Virus record (IMG/VR): IMGVR_UViG_3300046812_000144
DNA: 64,000 nt
DNA from: an uncultured virus (IMG/VR IMGVR_UViG_3300046812_000144)
Taxonomy: Duplodnaviria > Heunggongvirae > Uroviricota > Caudoviricetes
Strand: one strand, 5' to 3'
Shown: piece by piece, positions 1-10,370 of the stretch
How the letters are laid out: the number at the start of each line of letters is the position of its first letter
Position numbering within the stretch: position 1 is the first letter of the stretch
Notes under the pieces: generated by a model
The model's input: the letters and a program-made list of their open reading frames with translations, nothing else
Told to the model about the DNA's origin: nothing
The model's database searches: none
Made by a program: the position numbers and the translations under genes

Positions 1-301
1 CGGTGTTCCCGGTGTGGCGGCGTACAAGAAGTGGTACTTCGACAATATCGACGGCCCTGCGCGCGAGCGCGTGCCGCTGGCGGTGAGCGTGTGATGCACC
101 TCCACCTGCTCCCGTCCCAGTGGCTGATCGCTGGCATCGGTGTCCTGATGCTCATCATCATCGAGGGTGCCGTCATCGGTGGCATCCGAGACTTCTGGCG
201 TTGGAAGTCCTACGGCATGGCGTGGATCGGGGTCATGTTCCTGTTCATCGTCCCTGCCCTCGCAACCGCGCTCGTGCTGAATGCCTGCGGCCACTAAGCG
301 C
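1..301. repeat. Terminal direct repeat / circular-assembly overlap, copy 1
   Basis: Matches 63700-64000 (offset 63699) except at positions 66, 72, 74 and 80. Confidence 0.97.
94..297 (+). CDS. Small two-TM membrane protein, paralog of 7626..7835
   Basis: The ATG at 94 overlaps the upstream TGA. Two hydrophobic helices flank EGxxIxGIxDFxRWxSYG. Confidence 0.75.
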   Translation: MHLHLLPSQWLIAGIGVLMLIIIEGAVIGGIRDFWRWKSYGMAWIGVMFLFIVPALATALVLNACGH

Positions 302-3300
302 ACCCTGACCGTCATGTTCCGCCAGACGCCGGCCGGCCTGCTCGGGTCCGGCGTCGTGGAGGACGACGACCTGTTCCGCAACACGCTCTTCGCATCACTC
401 GACGAGGCGCTCCGCTACATGCAGAGCCGCTACCAGACCGCCTACAAGGTCATCCTGAACATCCCCTCCAACGTCAAGAGGAACACATGAAGATCGAAGT
501 CCGCTTCCGCGACTACGTCAGCAGCGAGTACCCCCGTGTCACCGCGTACGAAGTCCGCTTGAAGGGCAGGCGCACATGGGAGTACATCACCATCCACGTC
601 AGTCGTGTCCTCCGTGAGCACTTCGGCTCGCTCACCGACAAGTGGGTGCGCGTGAGTACGACCAAGGAGAAGGGAGCATTCAAGCTCCCGACCGACGCAC
701 GCCGAAGCCTTTGTGAGCGTGGTGTGAAAGACTTCTTCGGCCGTATCCCGACGGGTGGCCTGTACTTCACGGTCATCAAGTGAAGACGACCGTCCTCACC
801 TCGCTCGTGCAGGCGCAGAACTCGGCGGCTGCCATGGACGAGATCGACCACGCCATCGTTGCCCTCCGCCGGGCGCAGGTCTACCTCGAATCGGCCGGCC
901 GATTCCCAGACGCAACGAGGGCGGCCGAACGGGCGTTGAAGCTGGTCGACTTCAAGTTGGCGCTCCAGCGTCGGTACGCATCATGAGCCGCATCCTCGCG
1001 AAGGGCGAGGTCGAGCACAAGATCAGGCTCGACTACATCCTCCCGGCCAACTGGGAGGAGGCGAACAACAAGTTCGGTGGTGGCTACATCACGATCACCG
1101 AGGTCGCCAAGGTCGCAGTCGACAAGTACATCTCGAACGTGATGGCGATGCAGAAGGCCATCGAGGAGATCCGCCGTGGCACGCAAACACCGTAAGGCAG
1201 GCATCGTCAAGCAGGGCATCGCGAGTGAGATCGTGAAGCCCGAGAAGCGGACGACCGAGCGCAAGGTCATCCAGAACGCGACGACCGGTGAGTTCGAGGT
1301 CGTGCATGTCGAGACTGTCACGCCGGCCGTCGTCAAACAGGGCAAGGCGTACGGCAGCACGCTCAAGGGCCGAGGGAAGCCCAACACGCCGCCAGCGACT
1401 GGAGGCAAGAAGTGAGTCCCACGAAACTCGCAGAACTCGTCCCACACAAGTTCCTCGACGGGCCGCTGGCCGGCCGTACGATCGACCTGCCCCGTGGCAC
1501 CGAGACGTTCCTCATCGGGCCCCGGTGCTCGCCGCTCTTCACGTACGAGTACGCCGGCAAGGACGGCATCACCGTCCTGCTCGCGAAGCGTGGCCGCAGC
1601 CGGCAGCTTCGCCGGCTCGTGCTCGACTACATCGGCAAGAAGGGCAAGCACCCGGCGCTCGTGGCCCTCGGCTGGCGGCGTCATCCCATCCGTGGCAAGA
1701 CCGTCAAGACGGGCAAGGGTGCCGCTGCCCGTGCCGCGAAGCGGGTGGCCTCATGAGACCGTGGCTCGAAGCGGTCGCCATCGCCATCGGCTTCGTGCTC
1801 CTCGTCGGCGGCCTCGTCTGGTTCGGTAACGTCCACCCGATCGCCTTCCTCTGGCTCATGGCGAGTTCTCTCTTCATCCTCGCCGTCATCGGCATCCGCC
1901 AGTACCGATGACCGAGGTCCAGATCATCGCCGTGCAGAACCCGGCCGGCCGCAAGCACGAGCACGTTCGTGTCTTCGGCTACCGTGTCTCTGACCTGTTG
2001 CGGCGTGTGGTCGAGGTCGCCGTCACGACGGCCGATGCGGCCGAGATCATTGCCGACACGCACAGGGAGAGAGAGTTCCCCACCATCGAGGTAGACGACC
2101 GCTACATCGTCGGCTGCCTCAACACTGGAGACATCGAGATGATTCACCTGAAGGAACAGCCGTGAAGCGAGGGCCGGCGCTCCACCCGCTCACGATCGAA
2201 CTCTTCAAGGACACGAAGAGCCGTACAGAGATGGACTTCGCCAAGAAGACGACGACCGTCCAAGACGGGATGAGGACAGGGGCCAGTCCATTCGAGGAGC
2301 CCAAGGTCGACATCGTTGGCTCCGAGTTCCTCGCTCCCACAGTCGAGGAGCAACTGACTACACCCGGAAGTAGTCTCACGGGACGCAGCATCGTGGAGGA
2401 ACTCACGGAGGACCGGATGTTCCGCAAGATCGAACCGTTCACACCGGGCCCCATCGGTGCCTACAAGCGCCGGCCGGTGCCCCGTCCGTACACCATCAAA
2501 GACTGGAGAGACCCGTCGCTCATCAGGAAAGAGATGCTGGAACTACGCGCGAAGAACGATGCCACCCTCAAGTCTCTGGAGGAACGCCTGTGAACGAGTT
2601 CAATAGGGGACGCATCGAGGGAGCGCTCGCCTTCTGGAGGATCATGGAGCAGAACCTCGATGTGGCTGTGCCGTCCGTAGACTCGGTGCTGGAGTTGGCA
2701 CCCGGAACCACGAAGAAGTACTTGGAGGGACACCTGTGACAACGTACGAAGAACGCCGCGAACTGATGCAGATGGCCGAGGCCGTGCGCCTCGAACTCCG
2801 CTCGGTCTCGAAGCGTATCGACATCCTCATCAACAAGATCCTCAGCGAGCGTGATGCTCTCGCTCTCCAGTCGGCCGACGAGGTAACGGCCGGCGAGCAG
2901 TTCACCGTGAAGCCGATCACGTACGACAAGAAGCAGCCCCGGCTCACGCAGGCTCCGCTTGAGGTTGCCACTCCCGTCCTGACGAAGGGTCTGAAGGGCA
3001 TCCGCGCCGGCCTGAAGAAGACCGAGCAGTCGGCCGAGGCAGCACTCGCGGCAGTCGACTCGGCCAAGAAGGCGAAGCCGAAGCGCAAGCTGAAGAAGCC
3101 CATGTCACCCGAGCGGAAGGCCCAGTTGGTCGCCTCGCTCGCCAAGGCCCGCGCGGCCAAGGGAGGCAGCAAGTGAGCCGCTACAGCCCACAGCTTCTGC
3201 GTGATCTCATGTCCTCGATCCAAACGGATGTCGAGCAGGCTCTCGACGACGCATACAACGAGGGTCATGACGACGGCCACGAGGAGGGCGTCGACGAGAC

Positions 3301-4323
3301 CGAGGACACGGCCTACGACCGTGGCTACGAGGACGGCGTCGAGGCCGGCCGCAACGAGAAGCCTGAAGACGAATGACCCTCGCACTCATCGTGCTGTTAG
3401 TTCTGTACCTCCTGCCGGCCATTCCGGGCCGGCGTCACGACTGGTGGAACAAGTGAACGCAGAGAAGGGCATCGAGCAGATTCTGAAGGGCTTCACGGAG
3501 TACGACGAGGGCAAGATCACCACGGCCGCCGTCTCGGTCATCGTCCGTGCGACGGTCGAAGCGGTGGCTGCCACCGAGTGGGAAGCCGGCTACGAGGAAG
3601 GTCTGGTCAGCGACGAGGACGAGATGGAACTCGACATGGACCTCGACGAGATGGACGAGGAGGACGAACAGTGAGAGTCCAAGACCTGCTGGCGAAGATC
3701 AAGGACGGCCGGGTGCTCAACATGGGCATCCGGCTGGACGAGGAGGAGACGGCTCTGCTCGACGCCTACCTCTGCACGCTGGCCGAGGCGGCCGACGCAG
3801 CGAGGGAGCGCGCGCATCTGTACAAGGAGGCGGCCTACGCCCAGACGTACGGCGCGACCACCGAGGCGGTCCAGAAGGCGTTCGGCATCCCGGAGCCGTT
3901 CGGCTCCCTCCGCGTCATGTCGAAGTCGGCACACGCCCTCAAGATGTTCATTCGGGGCACGCCCGAGAAGGACGAGTACGCTGTACTGATTGACATGGTC
4001 AAGTCACGCACTAGCACCGTGGCGCGCGCCGGCTTCAAGACGCTCGACGACGCCTTCACCTTCATCAAGGAGAACCTGAAGTGAGTCGCGTCCTCCTGCT
4101 GGCGGCCATGCTCGTTGCGCCCGCCTTCTGGTGGGAGCGGCACCCACCGTTGCAAACTGCACCGGTCCCACCGCCCTCGCGGGTCCAGTACCGGACCCAC
4201 GACATCAGCGGCTTCAAGCTCACCCTCGGGCAGAAGGAACTCGTCCTGCCGCCGGGCTCGGAACTCTCGATCCCATATGAGGTTGCGCCGGCCGACTCCC
4301 TACCCGACTGGACGAAAGTCTGA
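281..4323 (+). other. Run of about 16 tightly coupled small hypothetical genes: 281-490, 487-783, 780-986, 983-1195, 1176-1415, 1412-1756, 1753-1911, 1908-2165, 2162-2593, 2590-2739, 2736-3176, 3173-3376, 3373-3456, 3453-3674, 3671-4084, 4081-4323
   Basis: Mostly ATGA/GTGA start-stop overlaps, GGAG-type RBSs and GC3-rich codon usage; no function recognised. Confidence 0.75.
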
Positions 4324-4325
4324 TG

Positions 4326-4366
4326 TTGCACGGGGGCTCGGTGATGGTAGACTAGAGTTACCCACC
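4326..4366 (+). promoter_or_regulatory. Sigma70-like promoter with conserved phage motif, copy 1
   Basis: TTGCAC-16 bp-TAGACT with extended -10 TG, followed by AGAGTTACCCACC. RBS AAGGAGG precedes the ATG at 4384. Confidence 0.7.
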
Positions 4367-4383
4367 GAGCCCAAGGAGGACAC

Positions 4384-4740
4384 ATGAACCATCCCGGCGA
4401 CGACGCCCGGAGCGCGTGGAACCGTGGCCCCGAGATCATTGCAGCCGAGGAGCGCATCCTGCTGTATGCCGACGGGCTCCTCTCGTTCATGCGCTCGGAG
4501 AAGACAGACATCCTCAGCGAGTCGGCCGGGGCGATCGCCTTCTTCACCCACCGCAACGGGCAGGGCTTCGCGCCCAACCCGTTCGATAAGCCCATCGGCA
4601 CGACACAGAAGTACCTGCTCGAACGGATGGACCCAGACAACAACCGCCTGCTGGCGGAACTCCTGCGCGCTGCGTGGGACCTCCGCTGCTGGCGCGAGCA
4701 TTACCACGAGATCACACCAGAGGAGAGAGACCGCCTGTGA
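4384..4740 (+). CDS. Hypothetical protein
   Basis: Strong RBS; coupled to rtcB. Confidence 0.7.
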   Translation: MNHPGDDARSAWNRGPEIIAAEERILLYADGLLSFMRSEKTDILSESAGAIAFFTHRNGQGFAPNPFDKPIGTTQKYLLERMDPDNNRLLAELLRAAWDLRCWREHYHEITPEERDRL

Positions 4741-5939
4741 AGTTCTATGGTGACATTCCAGTCTGGGGCGACCCGGTCGACGAGGGCGCACTCGCGCAGG
4801 CTCAGGTCTGCCTTCGCACCGCCAAGCACGTCGCGATGATGGCCGACCACCACCTCGGCTACGCCGTTCCGATCGGTGGCGTCGTCTCCTACGAGGGAGC
4901 CATCTCGCCCTCGGGCGTCGGCTACGACATCGGCTGCGGCAACAAGGCCGTTCGGCTCGACATCCCGGCGCACTACGTCACCGAGAACCTGCCGGCCATC
5001 ATGGACGCCATCGTGTCGCAGATCAGCTTCGGCATGGGCCGCACGAATGACACGCCCGTCGACCATCCCATCCTCGACCGGAGCGAGGCCCGCTGGAACC
5101 ACCCGGCCGTGCTCCCACTCAAGCGGATGGCGGCCGACCAGCTTGGCACCGTCGGCGGCGGCAACCACTACGTCGACATCTTCCTCGACCAGCAGGACCG
5201 CGTCTGGATCGGCGTCCACTTCGGCTCGCGTGGCCTCGGCCACAAGACGGCCACATGGTTCCTCAAGCAGGGTGGCGCGAAGGATGCCATCAATGCCGAG
5301 CCACTCGTGCTGCCTCTCGCGAGCGCCCTCGGTGCCGAGTACCTCCAGTGCATGACGCTGGCGGGCGAGTACGCCTACGCCGGCCGCGACTGGGTCTGCG
5401 CCAAGGTGGCCGAGATCATCGGTGCCGAGATCGTCGAGGAGGTCCACAACCACCACAACTTCGCGTGGCCCGAGGAGCACTTCGGTCAGAGCCTCATCGT
5501 CGTCCGCAAGGGTGCCACCCCGATGTGGCCCGGCCAGCGAGGGTTCATCGGAGGTTCGATGGGCGACCCGGCCTTCATCGTGCGTGGCTTCGACCCGTTC
5601 ACCATGGCGGCCAAGCGCGACCAGCTTCTCTCGATGTACTCGGCTCCCCACGGGGCCGGCCGCCTGATGTCGCGCACTGCGGCCAAGGGCAAGTTCGTGA
5701 AGGATGCGAACGGCAAGAAGCAGCGCATGCCCGGCCTCGTCCGGCATGATGCGTGGGCCAAGTGGATGGAGGATGCCGGCGTGGAGCTTCGCGGTGGCGA
5801 CCTCGACGAGGCTCCGCAAGCGTACAAGCGCATCGAGGAGGTGCTCGCGCACCACACCTACATGCAGATCGACCACACACTCCGCCCGATCGGCGTTGCA
5901 ATGGCCGGCCGGGACGTCGTTGACCCATTCAAGGACTAG
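4737..5939 (+). CDS. rtcB: RtcB-family RNA ligase (3'-P/2',3'-cyclic P to 5'-OH)
   Basis: Motifs DHHLGYAVPIGG, VGYDIGCG, GTVGGGNHY, HFGSRG, HNHHN, RKGAT, HGAGR and DEAPQAYK. GTG start at 4737. Confidence 0.95.
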   Translation: MKFYGDIPVWGDPVDEGALAQAQVCLRTAKHVAMMADHHLGYAVPIGGVVSYEGAISPSGVGYDIGCGNKAVRLDIPAHYVTENLPAIMDAIVSQISFGMGRTNDTPVDHPILDRSEARWNHPAVLPLKRMAADQLGTVGGGNHYVDIFLDQQDRVWIGVHFGSRGLGHKTATWFLKQGGAKDAINAEPLVLPLASALGAEYLQCMTLAGEYAYAGRDWVCAKVAEIIGAEIVEEVHNHHNFAWPEEHFGQSLIVVRKGATPMWPGQRGFIGGSMGDPAFIVRGFDPFTMAAKRDQLLSMYSAPHGAGRLMSRTAAKGKFVKDANGKKQRMPGLVRHDAWAKWMEDAGVELRGGDLDEAPQAYKRIEEVLAHHTYMQIDHTLRPIGVAMAGRDVVDPFKD

Positions 5940-5942
5940 ACA

Positions 5943-6095
5943 ATGAACAGACGTTTCTTTCAGGGCCTGATTACCGGAGCCGGCATCATCGGGGTCTGCT
6001 TCGGTCTGTGGATGCGCGATGTCAACGTCGTGATGTCGTTCGCCCTACCGGCCGTCTTCCTCGGCTTCATGACCTGCATCCCTGACCTCGACTGA
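5943..6095 (+). CDS. Small membrane protein
   Basis: MNRRFFQGLITGAGIIGVCFGLW..., two hydrophobic segments; the stop overlaps the next ATG. Confidence 0.6.
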   Translation: MNRRFFQGLITGAGIIGVCFGLWMRDVNVVMSFALPAVFLGFMTCIPDLD

Positions 6096-7204
6096 TGCGT
6101 AAGTCACACCCAGTACTCGTCGGCATCGAGAACGTCCGGCCGTACAAGCTGACGACGAGCGAGTCGCTCTACACTGTCAAGCCGCCCCCGATGCAGATCG
6201 AGGGCTTCCTCGCGGCGGGTGGCATCATGGGCATCACCTCGTACCCCGGCGTCGGCAAGACGTGGGTCGCGATGGAGGTCGCCCGCACCATTTCCTCCGG
6301 TACATCCTTCCTCGGCCGCAAGACGATTCGAGGCGGCGTCCTCTTCGTGGGCTCGGACTCTTCGCTCGACGACTACGCCCGCCAGTGGACCCGCCTCAGC
6401 AAGTTCACCGGGCTCGACTATGAGCCTGTCCGCTTCCTCATCCAGTCGCCCTTTATGCTGGAGTCGATCGACGAGATCCGCAAGCTGATCGCGACTCACC
6501 GCTCGTTCAAGTGGGGCGAGGTCGAGGTCACCTCCCGTGGCCCCGAGCAGTCGCACGGCTTCAGCGTCATCGTGTTCGACACACTCAGCCGTCTCACGAG
6601 GGCGAACCAGAACGACAACAACGAGATGGAGGACGTCTTCCGCAACATCCGCATCCTGTCGGAGGCGACCGGCGCGGCGATTATCCTGCTGCACCACAAC
6701 TCGAAGAAGTCCGAGTTCAACGACGGCAGCGACTGGCGCGGTGCCATGTCGCAGATCGGCGCGCTCGACTCGTGGGTCCAGCTTGTCCCGCACAAGTCGA
6801 AGAAGCACCTCATCGGCATCCAGTTCAAGAAGTTCCGTGGCATCACGCCGCCCGACTTCGCCTACACGATGAACGTCGACGAGGTCGATCAGGCCACGCT
6901 CGTGGCATCCGAGGAGCCAGTCACGCTGGCGCAGCGGCTGCTGAAGGACGGCGTGTCGGAGGCAGTCCTCGCGCACGTCAAGGCGCACCCCGGCCTCCGT
7001 GCCGGCGAGATCCGCGACGCGCTCTACGAGAAGTTCAAGTCGGACTTCACGGAGGGCAAGTTCAACACCTGCGTCCGCAACCGGCTCACGGCCCTCGGGG
7101 CCGCCGAGCACATCGAGAAGTACCTGTCGCAGTACGGGAAGGCCCTGTATCGTGAAGCAGTCAAACCGCAACCTGACAAGGCTGGCGCAGTCGCTGCCGG
7201 CTGA
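6095..7204 (+). CDS. RepA-like (AAA_25) RecA-fold helicase
   Basis: Walker A SYPGVGKT, Walker B VIVFDT, LLHHNSK and WRGAMS. Confidence 0.8.
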   Translation: MRKSHPVLVGIENVRPYKLTTSESLYTVKPPPMQIEGFLAAGGIMGITSYPGVGKTWVAMEVARTISSGTSFLGRKTIRGGVLFVGSDSSLDDYARQWTRLSKFTGLDYEPVRFLIQSPFMLESIDEIRKLIATHRSFKWGEVEVTSRGPEQSHGFSVIVFDTLSRLTRANQNDNNEMEDVFRNIRILSEATGAAIILLHHNSKKSEFNDGSDWRGAMSQIGALDSWVQLVPHKSKKHLIGIQFKKFRGITPPDFAYTMNVDEVDQATLVASEEPVTLAQRLLKDGVSEAVLAHVKAHPGLRAGEIRDALYEKFKSDFTEGKFNTCVRNRLTALGAAEHIEKYLSQYGKALYREAVKPQPDKAGAVAAG

Positions 7205-7219
7205 TGAACTGGACGACCT

Positions 7220-7459
7220 GTGCCCCTCTACACGTACGAGTGCCCGGCCCACCACACATGGGAAGAGGTCCGAGGGATCAACGAGTCCTCGGAAGTCTCG
7301 GAGAGCCCGTGTGAAGCCTGCATGGAAGCAGCCGGAGGACCGTGGGTCGCAGGAGACAAGCCCGCCCCCTTCGGACGCAAGGTTCCCTCGCAGGTAAGCC
7401 GGCCCGTCCTCGGGCGCGGTGCCACTCCAACCTTCTACCCCAATCAGGAGCACAAGTGA
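7220..7459 (+). CDS. FmdB-like zinc-ribbon protein
   Basis: MPLYTYECxxxH...CEAC. Confidence 0.7.
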   Translation: MPLYTYECPAHHTWEEVRGINESSEVSESPCEACMEAAGGPWVAGDKPAPFGRKVPSQVSRPVLGRGATPTFYPNQEHK

Positions 7460-8080
7460 AGATCACACTGAAAGAACCCGTCGAGATGAACGTCACCGCT
7501 CTCGTCCGCTACAAGGGACGCCCCGATGCCCTCTTCGCCTTCGAGATGAACGCTCACCAATACATCACGATGCTCGTTGGCCGGGGCTATGCCCGTGAGA
7601 ACTTCACGGTCGAGGTTCTCGCCTGATGAACTTCTTCAGCGTGCAGACCGAGTGGAACATCGTCACGGTCGTCGCCGTTCTCCTCGGCATCATGGTCGAG
7701 GGCCTCTTCATCAAGGGCATCTCCGACTTCTTCCGCTGGCGGTCGTACGGCTCGGCGTGGATGGGCATCGGCCTGAACATCGTTGTGGCCCTGATGGCGA
7801 TGGCGGTCATCATCGAGATTCACCTCCACCCATGAGGATCATGAAATCGCGGCACGACGAGTGGGCCGACTCGATGGGCGACGCGATGGGCCGGCCGCCG
7901 GTACCACGCCCGTGGTACAACGCCGAGTGGGTCTACATGATCGCCACGCTCCTCTTCGTCAACCTCTTCATCGGGACGCAGGTTGCACTCGTCATGAGGC
8001 ACTGGAGCTACTGGTTCACATGGCCGTACCACGCTGTCGTCTTCATCTACCACAACGTCTTCGCGGGGATGACATGGTGA
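7456..8080 (+). other. Three small hypothetical genes (7456-7626, 7626-7835, 7832-8080); two are membrane proteins
   Basis: Coupled ORFs; 7626..7835 is a paralog of 94..297. Confidence 0.65.
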
Positions 8081-8982
8081 AGTCGAAGGGTCTCGCAGTC
8101 GCCGTCGTCCGCATGCAGGTCGACGAGCTTCACGCCGGCCACAAGTTCCTGATCGAGTCGATGCGCGCCCTCCACGAGAAGGTGCTCATCGTGCTCGGCG
8201 CTTCACGCGCGCTGCTGTCGGTCACCGACCCCTTGCCGGTGGCCGCTCGGCGCGACATGATCCAGACGGCCTACCCGGACGTGACCGTGACTGCCCTCGC
8301 TGACGAGGCGTCGGATGTCGAGTGGTCGAAGAACCTAGACTGGCTCATCGGCATGTTCCGCACGGCGACAGGGACGGGCATCGAGCCGCCAACGCTCTAC
8401 GGGGCCCGCGACAGCTTCATCCAGCACTACAAGGGCATGTTTCCGACCTGTACGCTCACCTCGCCTCAGTCCGAGTCGGGCACCGACGTGCGGAACGCGA
8501 TCCAGATGGAGGACGACCCGGCCTTCCGGCGAGGGATGATCTTCGCTGCGAAGTCGCTCTACCCCATCTCGTTCCAGACTGTCGACGCGGCCATCATCCA
8601 GCAGGGCAAGGTCCTGCTTGGGCGCAAGAACAGGGACGGCGGCGGTTGGCGCTTCATCGGCGGCTTCGTCGACCCGACCGACGCCTCGCTCGAAGATGCC
8701 ATCCTCCGCGAGGTCCGTGAGGAGACCGGCCTCGAAGTAGCGCAGCCGACCTACATCGGCTCGTACCGCATCGACGACCCGCGCTACCCGAAGACGGGCC
8801 GCGACCGCATCCTGACTGCCTTCTTCTCGATGCCCGTCTCGTTCGGCTTCGCTTTGGCACGCGACGACGTCGACGCGGTCGCATGGTTCGACATGCAGAA
8901 GCTGCCTCCACTGGTCGAGAGCCACTGGCCTCTCGGCCTCGCGTTCCGCACCCACTTCTTTGGAGCCCTCCGTGCTCGCTAA
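8074..8982 (+). CDS. Bifunctional NMN adenylyltransferase / Nudix hydrolase (NadM-Nudix, NatV-like)
   Basis: Nucleotidyltransferase RMQ...HAGH and SGTDVR; Nudix box GGFVD...EDAILREVREETGL. Confidence 0.9.
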   Translation: MVKSKGLAVAVVRMQVDELHAGHKFLIESMRALHEKVLIVLGASRALLSVTDPLPVAARRDMIQTAYPDVTVTALADEASDVEWSKNLDWLIGMFRTATGTGIEPPTLYGARDSFIQHYKGMFPTCTLTSPQSESGTDVRNAIQMEDDPAFRRGMIFAAKSLYPISFQTVDAAIIQQGKVLLGRKNRDGGGWRFIGGFVDPTDASLEDAILREVREETGLEVAQPTYIGSYRIDDPRYPKTGRDRILTAFFSMPVSFGFALARDDVDAVAWFDMQKLPPLVESHWPLGLAFRTHFFGALRAR

Positions 8983-10351
8983 CAACATCCTGCTCCTCAC
9001 CGACTCGTACAAGGTCAGCCACTGGAAGCAGTACCCCAAGGGCACGACGCACGTCTTCAGCTACCTCGAAGCGCGCGACGGCGGCGAGTTCGGTCAGACG
9101 CTCTTCTTCGGCCTCCAGTACATCATCAAGAAGTACCTCGAAGGGCAGGTCGTCACCCGCGAGAAGATCGAGGAGGCGGCCATCTTCTTCAGCCGGCACT
9201 TCGGCAACGAGACGCTCTTCAACCGCGCCGGGTGGGAGCACATCCTGCTCGCGCACGACGGGCATCTGCCGGTCATCGTCAAGGCCGTGCCCGAGGGCTC
9301 TGTCGTCCCGACGGGCAATGTGCTCCTGACGATCGAGAATACGGACCCCGAGACCCCGTGGCTCGTGAACTACTTGGAGACCCTGCTCGTGCAGGTCTGG
9401 TACCCGACGACCGTCGCGACCCAGTCCCGCTACATGAAGCAGGTCATCCGCGACTTCATGGAGACCACGGGCAGCAGCTTGGCCGGGCTCGACTTCAAGC
9501 TGCACGACTTCGGCTACCGTGGCTCGACGAGCGTCGAGTCGGCCGGCATCGGCGGCTGCGCGCACCTCGTGAACTTCAAGGGCACCGACACGATGGCGGC
9601 CCTTCAGGTCGCGCACGAGTACTACGCCGAGGCGATGGCCGGCTTCAGCATCCCGGCCGCCGAGCACTCGACGATCACTTCATGGGGTAACGAGCGTGCA
9701 GCCTACGAGAACATGCTCGACCAGTATCCGACGGGTCTGGTCGCGGTCGTGTCGGACAGCTATGACATCTTCAACGCCGCAGACAAGATCTGGGGCGTGG
9801 AACTGCGCGACAAGGTACTCTTCCGCGACGGCACCGTCGTCATTCGTCCCGACAGCGGCAATCCTGTCGCCGTCGTCATCAAGCTGCTCGACATCCTCGG
9901 GCAGCGGTTCGGCACCTCGCTGACGCCGACCGGCCACAGGCTCTTGAACCCGAAGATCCGCGTCATCCAAGGCGACGGCATCGACCGCAACATGCTCCTC
10001 TCGATCCTGCGTAACATGATGGCGGCCGGGTGGGCTGCCGACAACCTCGCGTTCGGTTCGGGCGGCGGCCTGCTCCAGAAGGTCAACCGCGATACGATCC
10101 GCTTCGCCATGAAGTGCAGCGCGATCAAGATCAACGGCCAGTGGAACGACGTGCAGAAGCACCCGTCCACCGACCCGTCGAAGAACTCGAAGGCCGGCCG
10201 GCTCATCCTCTGCAACGATGGCACGGAGGAGTACACGACGGCGCGCGAGGGCGCGGGCAGTAACTACCTCAGCGTCGTGCTGCGGAACGGCTGGATGCCC
10301 CGGACGCAGACACTGGCCGACATCCGTTCGCGGGCGCAGGACAACCTGTGA
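8972..10351 (+). CDS. nadV: Nicotinamide phosphoribosyltransferase (NAMPT)
   Basis: TDSYKVSHWKQYP, WYPTTVAT, LHDFGYRG, GTDT, SIPAAEHST, VVSDSYD, RPDSG, IQGDG, FGSGGGLLQ and RDT. Confidence 0.95.
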   Translation: MLANNILLLTDSYKVSHWKQYPKGTTHVFSYLEARDGGEFGQTLFFGLQYIIKKYLEGQVVTREKIEEAAIFFSRHFGNETLFNRAGWEHILLAHDGHLPVIVKAVPEGSVVPTGNVLLTIENTDPETPWLVNYLETLLVQVWYPTTVATQSRYMKQVIRDFMETTGSSLAGLDFKLHDFGYRGSTSVESAGIGGCAHLVNFKGTDTMAALQVAHEYYAEAMAGFSIPAAEHSTITSWGNERAAYENMLDQYPTGLVAVVSDSYDIFNAADKIWGVELRDKVLFRDGTVVIRPDSGNPVAVVIKLLDILGQRFGTSLTPTGHRLLNPKIRVIQGDGIDRNMLLSILRNMMAAGWAADNLAFGSGGGLLQKVNRDTIRFAMKCSAIKINGQWNDVQKHPSTDPSKNSKAGRLILCNDGTEEYTTAREGAGSNYLSVVLRNGWMPRTQTLADIRSRAQDNL

Positions 10352-10370
10352 AGACCGAAGGAGACATCTG

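Noticed and set aside
60..94. Diversity-generating retroelement TR/VR pair as the cause of the repeat mismatches
   Set aside because: Two of the four differences are C/G swaps rather than adenine-specific, and no reverse transcriptase is present.
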